A DNA stretch of 64,000 bases, taken from NCBI GenBank assembly GCA_012295275.1, contig CM022668.1, positions 10,602,001 through 10,666,000 of the forward strand, written 5' to 3'. Below the pieces are notes generated by a model. The model did not search any database. It had not been told where the DNA came from and worked only from the letters and a program-made list of their open reading frames with translations. Below, one piece after another: positions 1 through 11,130 of the stretch. This stretch comes from Chrysomallon squamiferum (Eukaryota > Animalia > Mollusca). The translations under genes were made by a program, and so were the position numbers. Numbering within the stretch: position 1 is the first letter of the stretch; each line of letters opens with the position of its first letter.

Positions 1-937
1 CTAATTCTTCAGGTACTAAACAACAATCTCCAAAATTCAACATATCTAAAACAAAAAAATATTTTGAAGTTGTTGTCTCTTTCATCTCAGGAATATCTTC
101 AATTTCGACAGCTTGTATTTCACAAATAATGGCACGTGAGGGAACGGATATTGCACAAGTTGTCACATTGGAAATGTGAATGTCTAACTCAAACAATTTC
201 TTTTTATTGTCATACTTGTAGCTGAATAAACTTGGAGCGATGTCTAAGTCATCCGGAATAACGGAACCCTTGGTTGGTGCAGTCATAGCCCAAGTACATC
301 TATAGGGAAGAGGTTTATCAACAACACCACGCAGCGTGATTTCACTGTTGGCAGGAATCACCACTCTTTTGCATTCTGCACTCTTCACCTTACCAAGAAT
401 AAAATGGTTTCTCTCCAATTCTTTTTGCTGTAATGTTAAACATCTAAAAGACAGATACCAAGGGGTATGAAGATTAGCTTTTTGTAGAAATCTGTTACCA
501 TATGTTTTCTTGCACTGATTCATAAAATGAGAGAGAACGTTAGTACCAAGAAGTAATCGGACAGAAGAATTGTACTTACTATTTGGTACAACTAACAAAA
601 TGCTAAGCAAAGGAGAGGAAATACTGCCTGTCCCTTGCAGTTCAACTTCAATATACCCATGATACGGTAAAAGCTTACCATCGGCACATTCAACGTTTAA
701 AATAGTATCAAGAGATTTGAGAGGTGTATCAGAAAAATGCTTGTTATAAAAACCTTCAGAAATTGTTGAAACTGTAGAACCAGTATCTAACAGAGCTTTA
801 GTAGAAATACCATTGACAAGTATAGAACTTTCATTTGGATCACCAACCATTTCTGTTATTTGCTGGTTTTGAAAAATGGGCTTGACTTCATGTGTACCTA
901 TGGGTTGCCCCTCGCCATAGGCGGTCTCCAGTTTAAA
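1..937 (-). CDS. Gypsy/Ty3 pol 5' part (retropepsin protease), reached by -1 frameshift; runs off the window
   Basis: The frame -1 to gag is open from TTTAAAC (931-937) to base 1: FKLETAYGEGQPIGTHEVKP...VNGISTKALLDTGSTVSTISE...CADGKLLPYHGYIEVEL...LLLGTNVL. It has the aspartyl protease LDTGS motif and LLGTN flap-end motif. It is absent from the ORF track because there is no stop in the window. Confidence 0.9.
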
Positions 938-1960
938 GGTTTACCTGTCTGGTGGGGTAATTTAACCCTACATCCCTTCTTTATGTGCCCTGGCTGACCA
1001 CAACGAAAACAGACCGGTTCATTATTCTGAAAAGAAGATGATGCAGAATTCCATTTTGGAACAGATTTGATATCTGCCTGATGCCTTGTTTTGGACTCAG
1101 TGGCTGTCTGACGCTGCTTCAGAGAACTCAACTCTGCTGACATCTGCTTGAGTATGCCTCGAATTTCCTGAATATCGGAATTCTTTTGAGAAACCGCAGC
1201 CTTTCCAGGAATAGTCTTGCCCTTTGATTCAATTCTTTTCTTTCTCTGTTGCAATTCTTCTTCTACTTGTCTTATAACTTTAATAAAATCTTCAAAAGTG
1301 TCATCATTTTCAAACTTGTGTCCTGATAAATCTTTTAGTTCAGGTCGAAGCCCTGTCCAAAACATATTACGTAACATTGCTTCAGTTTCATATTGATTCA
1401 CTTTCCCTGCAGCAACAGCCTTGCACAAAATATCTTCAAGCCGGCATGCCCAGTCAGCTACACTTTCATCGTCACTTTGTTTAGCTGTGTAAAAGGTAGC
1501 CATAATAGCATGACCCACTTTTACTTCTCCAAAAACACTATCAAGTTTCTCTATTAGTCTTTCAATAGGCGCATCTGTATCTATATGCATTGCAACGCGA
1601 GCAGCTTTACCGCGAAGCGAACGCCTAATAGCTTCAGACAGGACAGATGTACCATGGGTATTAGTCAAACATTCCAATTCATGTTTCCATTGATCAAAAT
1701 CAACATCACCTTTCCCGTCACCTGAGAAGAAAGGAAGCCGAGGTGGCTGTTAAAGTCAGTGACGAAGGCAGAGTAGGCTGTAAAGGTGAATATTTGGCAG
1801 CTCCTTCATCTTCCTTTTTGACAGCTCCTTTAGTAAACTGAGTCATCCAGCTAACCAAATCTTCTGGAGTATCAGCCTTAGGTTGGACATGTAACTGTCT
1901 AAATGACGAAATTAACTGCACCTCTTCTGCACTTAATTCCGCTATTTCAGGATCAGACAT
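898..1960 (-). CDS. Gypsy/Ty3 gag, PNMA-like capsid plus CCHC zinc knuckle, with one +1 frame disruption near 1750
   Basis: ORF 1718-1960 and ORF 898-1677 join through PPRLPFFSGDGKGDVDFDQWKHELECL. The product has MHR-like FYTAKQSDDESVADWACRLE and knuckle CFRCGQPGHIKKGC. Removing one A in ACTTTAACAG (about 1750) restores a single frame. Confidence 0.88.
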
Positions 1961-3071
1961 GGTTGAAGGTAAGTATATACTGTAATACTATCTTTATAAG
2001 TCATAGAAGATATTAAGGTAAGAATATAACAACTACACACAAAAGCAAGTTCAAAATACTAAATGTTTCCCTTGAACTATCAACAAAACAATTTACCTAA
2101 TACAAGATCATCTTTAGAATTGAAACAATAAATATTTAAAACATATTTCAATTCACAATGTTACAAACTTGAAAAATAATTTGAATGAATTACTTAACTA
2201 TCTTGTGTATTTCATTGATTTTCAGGAATATTGCAGAAATAAGTCACAAATCCTGGAAAGGAAAGTATTTAAGTTACTAATGATTTGTAATTACGTGCAG
2301 TATGTTAGTTTTTGTATAACGTTTTGTGTAGGTAAGTAAAATAGGATTTAGATCTAGTTGGAGAAAGACATTTTAAAAAAACAATTCATGGCCATTTGAA
2401 TTCACTAGTTAAACCATAACATTTTGTTTTCTTCTAAAAAATATAGAACTATGGCATAATAATATAGACACAACCTGACAAAGATCTAAGATCACATCAA
2501 CGTTCAAGTCACATTATTGACAATTGCCAACACATGACAAAAACAATCTTCAAAAAACAAATACAAGGTATTCAAGTTCAGGTATTGACTCTTTCTATCA
2601 CAGGTAAGTGAAAACAATTAAAATAAATAAATTAAATTAAATAGATTCACACAGTGAAAAGGTACTCAATTACAAATTTGTATCGATACATCATTTGCTT
2701 TTCTTTTTAATCAACGTATGTGAAAACAACTTAAAAACAAAATGTCCACAGAAGAAAAAGAAAAAGAAATAAATAAATAAGATCTGTTGTTTGTTTTCTG
2801 ATAACTAAATTGGCTTTTCAAAACAATGTCATGGCGTTATACATAATATAACCATTTCTCATTGCATTATTTTAGTTCTAAGTTAAAATGTCCACGTGGA
2901 ATTACAAAAACAAAACCACACACACAAATAAAATCAGAGAAGCTCACGAAACATCTGATGACGTCATACACTAGGGAGGAAGTTCATAGGTGGAGTTAGT
3001 AACCCTGTCGTCGATACATACACCCTCTGCCATCCATTGGTTGTGTGTCCATCCTTTGTCTTGTTTGTCGA

Positions 3072-3089
3072 GCCCCTACGTCGGCTCCA
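3072..3089 (-). promoter_or_regulatory. Primer-binding site (tRNA-Lys-like)
   Basis: TGGAGCCGACGTAGGGGC lies 2 nt after the LTR end (...ACTGCTACA) on the minus strand and resembles the tRNA-Lys PBS TGGCGCCCAACGTGGGGC. Confidence 0.7.
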
Positions 3090-3091
3090 AA

Positions 3092-3689
3092 TGTAGCAGT
3101 ATCAGATTTTTCACTTTTCCAGAACACAGGAAGTAGAACGTAACAGCTACGGGTGGGTTCAGACAATTTATTCGATGTCACACAAAAATGAAGACAAGGA
3201 AAAACACCCAGGTAGATGACACCTGGGTGTAAGAAACTGGATTCTCCAGCACACTGAACGAGAACAGGACAATCTTTCAGATAATATCCACTTTCAAATA
3301 ATAAATTCAGTTCCACCTTTAAAAATGAAATCTGGCCTGACAGTATAATCTTAGCAGGAGAAATAAACCTGAACACTTGAGCCAAGTTGTTTATTCCCAG
3401 ATGGGCTTGGGAGAGGAGTTTGGGAACAATAGTTAACACGCAAGGCAAGTAACGTGTGTTAGTACAGTGTAAGCTGAATGAAACAATCACCACAATGACA
3501 AGTTACCAGCCTATTGTTTGGCATAACCTGGCTAGGGATAAAATAAAACTTTAGTTACACAATAAGCTGACAGGAGGCAAGCTGTAAATAAAACCTTACA
3601 TTAATGACAAAGCCTGCTAAAAAGCAAATATCTGCAAATAAAACATTAAATACAAATCCTAACTAAAACAAATACCACATACTTCCACA
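3092..3689 (-). mobile_element. LTR (about 600 bp) of the Gypsy element
   Basis: Minus strand starts TGTGGAAGTA and ends TACTGCTACA (TG...CA, 8/10 imperfect terminal inverted repeat). It is preceded by PPT AAGAGGGGGAAG (3692-3703) and followed by the PBS. Confidence 0.82.
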
Positions 3690-3720
3690 TACTTCCCCCT
3701 CTTAAGAAATGGCGTCCTCG

Positions 3721-4340
3721 TCATTCAGCTGTTTCGTGAATTATAGAAATTATCGCACTCGCAACACTATCACTGATATGATGAAATACACCACTGTTAG
3801 CTAATTGCCGAATTAAATCTGATTTTTGTTGCGAAGTGGGACAAATCTTCTGAGACATAATATAATTACCCGATTCCATCCACTGTGGCTTCTTTCCCCG
3901 TCTCGTTGAACGACGTGGTAGAGGCTGTGGTGGAGGTTGTGGCGAAGGTCGAGGCCGAGGTGGAGATATTGGTAAATGAGGTGAAGAAGATGAAGGCAAA
4001 TCTCCTTCATCCAGAGATAACCTGTCTTGATTCTCACTAGGATCAGTTTCTGTGCTTTCAGCCTCTGGGGCATTAAGCATGTGTTCGTCAACGCCAGAAC
4101 CTTCACCCTCTGTCTCAACAAGATGCTGATCGTCATTAGCAACCTGCGAGGCAGACGTAATCTCTCCAACAGTAACTTCAGGGATGGATATAAGACCATC
4201 ATCTGCTGTGGAAAATATCATATCAAGATCCTCTATCTCAGACTGTGTTTCCTCCAAATCTTGTTTCTCTGGTGTAGGATTTGAATGAAGCAGTTTCCAC
4301 CTGGCTTTCGGCTTAGGCTTTTCTTCCTTATCAGGAATAA
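3721..4340 (-). pseudogene. C-terminal remnant of Gypsy pol (post-integrase low-complexity tail)
   Basis: Acidic/Pro-rich segment ending PQPLPRRSTRRGKKPQWM, typical of Gypsy pol C-termini. The stop is followed within 20 bp by the PPT and LTR. Confidence 0.7.
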
Positions 4341-4679
4341 GGAATAAATATGTTTCACTTACATATTTCAAATAAATCACTGTAGGTTTACTATTAGCTA
4401 ATTCACAATTATTTATTTTGTTAAAGATTTTTACTGAAAATGTTATAAACACTGTAGGATCATTTACAATCAGAACTTTTAATTTTAATCAGTGTACACT
4501 GTCACAGTATTCTTAATTATGTAAGTGAAACATATTTATTCCTTATTGTTGAGCAAATTATTTAGAAACTGAAACTGAGAATTTAGTCACACATTTGTGT
4601 ATGCAATATTCATTGACATGTACTATTCATTCGCAATTAATAATGGAATAAAAAAAAATGAATTGAAAGAAAAAAAAGA

Positions 4680-4972
4680 ACAATTCATGGCCATTTGAAT
4701 TCACTAGTTAAACCATAACATTTTGTTTTCTTCTAAAAAATATAGAACTATGGCATAATAATATAGACACAACCTGACAAAGATCTAAGATCACATCAAC
4801 GTTCAAGTCACAGTATTGACAATTGCCAACACATGACAAAAACAATCTTCAAAAAACAAATACAAGGTATTCAAGTTCAGGTATTGACTCTTTCTATCAC
4901 AGGTAAGTGAAAACAATTAAAATAAAACATTAAATACAAATCCTAACTAAAACAAATACCACATACTTCCAC
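4680..4972 (-). mobile_element. Outer 5' LTR stub fused to a duplicate of the element 5' leader
   Basis: 4920-4972 matches the LTR start (about 3637-3689) and 4680-4926 matches 2381-2626 almost exactly. The two are joined at an AAATAAA microhomology. Confidence 0.8.
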
Positions 4973-6156
4973 ATGTTGATAATATTGGAGGACGCATGTC
5001 TATGTGTTTATGTGTCCATTTGTGTTTATGTGTACATCTGTGTGTGTACTTGTTTTATTTTTATAATTATAATACGATATTTAAATAGGCAAGATAGGTA
5101 TTCAGCTTTTCTTCACAAACAGGCAGGATTTATTTTCCTTGAGCGATTAATAACACATACTGCTGTTATGTGTAAGCAAAGTATTCATAATAAATAAATT
5201 ACCAGCAATCAAAGAAAGTTTTATTAACATACAATGTTCAGATTTATACGTCAGTTGTATTGAAAATTATAAAATGTATGGATTACTTGAAGTAATTCGT
5301 TTTGAATGTTCTAAATACTTGCAACATATAATTATTATTATGTTTTATAATTAGTATTATTACTATTAATGTTAATACTATTACTACTACAACTACTATT
5401 ACTACTACCGCTACTACTATTACAACTAATACTACTACTACTACTGCTACTACTGCTACTACTACTACTACATTTTTTGTTTCTTTTGTTCTCTTTGAAG
5501 CAGTTTAAGGAAAAGAATATGAACATTTAAAGACGTCATTGCCTTGTGGAGATGGGTAATTGTAATGAAAACATTTATCACACGAATACAAAAATAATTT
5601 AACTCTGATTTGGATTTTAAAGAAAGAAATGTTGGTTATGTACCTTCAAGTTATTATTATTGTTGTTGTTGTGGCTGTTGTTGTTACTATTATTCATATT
5701 ATTTATTTATTTATTTAAACAAAGCGTTTTGAATTAAGTAACAAAGGTCGAATATTTAACTGAAGAAGATTTTCCAATTTTTCATAAATTAATGATTGAA
5801 GGGTTGTTTCTTTTATGTGTTGGTTTAATGCATTATTTATCTAGAAGTCTATGCCTTAGTCTTCAAAAATTCACACACAGCATATCACAATAAGTCTGCT
5901 TGTACGTGTATTTTAATTTATTACTCCTTTTGTTCAAAGCACAGATTACTCAAAAATGAATTTTCTTAACACAGAGTAAATGTATGTTTATATTTACAAT
6001 TGAGATACAGTATTGATTATATAAAAAAGTCTTTGCTGGATCAAATACTATTTAAATACATTTTCAGGTCGCAAACGTTTAGTAACTTCAAGTGTTATCT
6101 AAGAAGTCAAAGTCTTGGTATTCAATTCGGATGTCTTTAGAAATTAGTTGTGCACA

Positions 6157-8532
6157 TTAAACTCTTGAATTTATTTTCTCGTAGATGTTCTGTTTAGCAG
6201 TGACTGGACCAAGTGTTTCGTATTCATTCATCAGAATTTCTTGTCCAGCGTTCACATAGCCACCATCACTTTGCTGCTGGGTTGTATCTCGTGACGAAGT
6301 CTGATCGTTATGGCCATGTCCAGGCTCTTCTCTAGTTTCTCCTTCCACGATTTCATAGTGTCCGCCATCTTGGTTTCTCATGCTGATGTTTTCTTTGGCT
6401 CTAGAATCAGATGTCGTTGTGTGACGTCTAACATATCTGAAGAAAAGAAATTTGGAAGAAGTGAATATTTTTCGGTGTATTGAAGAAACGCTTTTTTTAT
6501 TATTGTTATTTTTTTTCTTTTTATAGGAGTGAAACGATTTTTCAAGCCATATTTTTCACGGGAAAGTTTTATAAAATTAGGCTTTTTACAACCTATTAAA
6601 TAAACTTTATGAATTACAACTTTATGAGTTGCCAAAAAGTAATTCTGAAGTGATCACTTTTGTGTAATTACTTAAATGAACATTGTCTGATTGTTGTAAT
6701 ACTCCATATAGTTTATATATTTTTACCTTTGTTAATTATTTATCAGAAATGAAAAATACAAATGTACCATCGAATTGAAATAGTGCATCTAAAATATTAC
6801 AAAATTAAGTGCCAAAAATACGAGATGAATACTGCAATGTACTTTAGAGAAACAAACCATGGAGAATGATTTCTATATATGGTGTGAAATAAATTTTGGT
6901 TTTTAGTTAAACATTGTAAAAGTAGTAGTTTTTATTACTAATTTTTATTTAATAATCATTTGACAAATTAGGTTGTGAGAAAAGTATGTAATAATACAAG
7001 TTAGTTTGTCACACCAACATTTAATTATCTCTGTAAATTTAATATTTATGCATTTTTATTTCTTTGTATCTATGTTAACTATATGCTGTGTTTTAAATGA
7101 CCAATGTGTTGATATAAAGATGACATACTTACAGGATAAAGACAATTACAGCAGTAAGAAGTAAAACACAAACTACTCCAGTGACAGCAGACAGCGCAGT
7201 TATCTTGGATTTCAGCTCCTCGTATTCTGTATTTTTGATTGTTTCTGAAACTAAAATTCCATTGGTGAATATATATACTGCTATTATTACAATTAGAACC
7301 ACTATTATTACTACTGTTAGCAGCTGATATTTGAACTTTTACTATTATTTGTCACGTGATCACATGGAGTAAATGGTCTGACAACAAATTTTAATTTTCA
7401 ATGTTTCTTTCAGAAGCAAGAAAACTTGCAGTCAGGTCCGTATTTACCTTGACAACCTGTTTGATGTATAAAGTGATATATTAGTATTATTTATCATCTA
7501 AATAAATCAGTATGTAAATACGTTAAGTCATCTATTTCTACAGAGCAGCTTTTCTGTTCCATTTAAACCTTGTAAAGCATATTTATGTAGATACCAATGT
7601 TTTTAGAGTTCAGAATATTTAAGATAAATATCAAAAACAGTAGAAAGTTCGTAAAATATACCAAATATTAATTATTTCTCTAAAAGCTTTTAACATCTAA
7701 AACCTTCAATTTATAGACAGGAATGCCTTTAGAAAATATCATTTTACACATATTATTTTAAAAATTAGTTTCTAGAAAATACCAGTATCTTTAAGTGTAT
7801 ATTTGTATACATCTGTATCTTTAGGTGTGATTAATTTGTACAGTTCTATATATTCAGAAAATATCAATATGGCTATAACAATATTTGTACAGAGATTTCT
7901 CTCTAGAAAATATCAACATATCTAAGTGTATGTTTGCAAAGCTCTGTATTTCGAAAATAATAACATATATTTTTTTTTAGATTTCTAATTATTACTGTAA
8001 AACATGACCTCATTTAAATTGTCATATATTTTTAGATTTCTTCTATTCATAAAAGAATATATAAATCCAGTAATCTATATTTTTAATACTATTTCAATTT
8101 CTCAAGATATTTTAATATCTCGATTACAATCATATTTTATACATTTTAATTCACATCCTTATGTATGTGATATCATAAGAAAATATCAATTATTTTAAAT
8201 TTTGTATTTTTGTCCATTTGCGAGGATAAATAAAAAATTTTGAAGAAATAAAAAAGTAATTTGTATCACACCAGTACAGTCTGTTCCAGTCCACGGTTCC
8301 TCACATCCGCCTCCACATGAACCAGTCACGTGATCACAGCTTGCTGTTTTATTCAGACAATGTCTTCTTGTACAGTTAAATTTACAACCGTTTCCATAGA
8401 AACCAGAAGCACATGCTGAAAATAAATATTAAAAAGCCTTAGTAAGAAGCATTCAAGTATTTGTTTAACTATATTATCTTCTTTATTACTAGTATTGGTT
8501 GTAGTCATATACAGATAGCCATCTAGATAGAA

Positions 8533-8563
<31 letters not shown>

Positions 8564-11062
8564 TAGATAAATAGGTATAAAAGTCCAGTTATTTAGATAA
8601 ATTTCTCGTATTTCAAACAATCAAATGACATTTAGGATGTAAATCATTTACTTACGTTCCAAACAGTTCACATTTCTCCATCCTGGTTTACAGCCGTTTT
8701 CACATTTCCCAGTTTTAACATCACAAACTGAACTGTCTCCACTACAGTGTCTTTGACTGCAGCTCAACTTACAACTGACAAACTACCAGACTCACATTCT
8801 GTGAATAGGTATACAAAACATTCTGTGAATAGATAGAAAATGTGTGTATACAGAATCTAAACAAGAAAAATAAAAGATGAACAAAGTTTGAAATTTTATT
8901 AGACAATTTATAGTTTTTAACACTCAGATCGTTTTATTTCTAAAGCTCTAATATAATTTTTAAGTAAAAACTACTTATTTGTTTTACTGAAAATATTAAA
9001 GAGAAAAAAAGATTTTAACATGAATATGTTTTTTATTAATAACAATGTTTCAGTAAATATCAATAAACTACTCGTTTTTGGTTTGAGCGATTTTTTATAT
9101 TAATATGAATATGTTTTAAACATGTTAATAATAGAATATCTGAAACATATCCTATATTAAGTTTTATAAGTGTGATTTCATTAAAATAAATAAAAAAGAA
9201 TGTTCCAGAAATAAATGTAAAACATGAAGATAAATACCATTTATACAGTCAGGTAACTGATATCCGTCCAAACAGCCGTTAGTGCAGTTTCCATAGAAAA
9301 TGTCACAACTTGAATCACCAGAACATTTACGAGAATCACACGATCTGTTACAGTTGTACCCGTATGAACCACTGCACTCTGAAAACAAGAATATAAATGT
9401 GTTAGAAATGTGTACTATGTATGCGGGAACTAAAATACATTATATATCTTTTCACGCATCTATCTGTTTTTCTTTCTGAATCACTCTGTCTATCTAACTG
9501 TCAATCTCTCTGTGTGTCCATCTATTTATCTTCTGTTTGTCTTTTTGGATGATTCTTCTACTCGATCAACATGTCAGGTTGGCTTCCTATCTATCTGTTT
9601 GTCTGTCATATGTTCATTCATTTGTTTATCTATCTATCTATTCTATTTGTCTGATTTACTGATCTGTCTGTCTGTAATATCTATATCGTGTCTGTGCGAT
9701 TTATCAGATGCTGCTTTTTCTCCATTAGCCTGCCTCTTTCTCTTTGTCTGTGTAATGCAAATTGATTTAATTATGTTTCTATATATCTATATTATTATCT
9801 GATAACGTGAACGTGTGTGTGTTTGTGTGTGATCTGAATCTTATTAACAATTTAAAGTAAAATACAAACCTACTGTACAGTCCAGTGACTGATAACCTCG
9901 ATCACATCCAAACTCACACTTTCCTGTCACGTGATCACATGAGCTATTTTTCAGACAGTGTCGTCTACTGCAGATACAAATTTACAATTTTTGTCCATAC
10001 GTACCATCCTGACATTCTGAAACACAAATAAAAAAATAAAATTAAAATTCTGCCATCATATTCTCTAAACATATACATTAAAAGCCAAAAAAAAAATATA
10101 AAGAAAGAAAGAAAAGAAAAGAAAGCACAAAAATCACACAGAAAATACAAAAATGAATTAAAAAAAGGAATATTTTTCAAAATTTAAAAAGGATGGAAAT
10201 TTAAAAAAAACTTAAAAAAAGTGGAAAAAAATATTATTAAATAAACCTTAAACCTTTGCTTTTATTTGATTGTCCTTTCATTTTTTTATGTATTTTTAAT
10301 GATTTTCAAAAAGTTAAATTTATTTACTTTGAGTACAGTCAGATCCTGTCCATCCTGGTTCACAGCCATTGTCACACTTTCCTGTGACACTGTCACACGA
10401 TGATGTTCCACTGGTTTGATCACAGTGTCTGCTAGAACAGTGAGAACCACACAGTACACCATAGTGACTTGAATCACAAACTGAAAAACACATTTTGTAA
10501 AAGGATTAAAATAAATATTAAAACTATAATTAAAAAACGAAAATTTTTTTGTTTTTTTACTCTGTCATGATTTTTATCCTGTGTTTTATTTTCCTTTTTT
10601 TTTTTTTTCTTTTTCTTGTTCTTTTGAACGAAACACAAATTCAAAAAAAATTAAATATATAAATTAAAAGTTAAAAAAATAAAAAATAAAACGTGCATTT
10701 GTTTTTTGAAAAAAGACATATATAATATATTCTGTATTTTGTTGATTCTGGAGGTTTCAGGTTTAACTGTTGTTCGTTTTTTTTTAATTATTATTATTAT
10801 TATTATTAGTAGTAGTTGTTCTTATTATAATTATTATTATTTTTTGTTGTTGTTGTTGATGACGTTGATGTTGTTTTTTTTCTGATTATTGATGTTACTG
10901 TTGTGTTGTTGTTGTTGTTTTTACCGTCGCAGTGTGTTCCAGTCCAGTTTTGTTGACATCCTCCAGTACATTCTCCAGTGACGTAGTGACACGTGTTTTC
11001 TTTACAGTGACAAAACTTTGTACACTTCTCTCCAAACGTACCAGTGTCACAACTGAAACAAC

Positions 11063-11130
<68 letters not shown>

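Noticed and set aside
2996-3493. 165-aa ORF
   Set aside because: It lies across the LTR and PBS, starts at GTG and has no recognisable motif.
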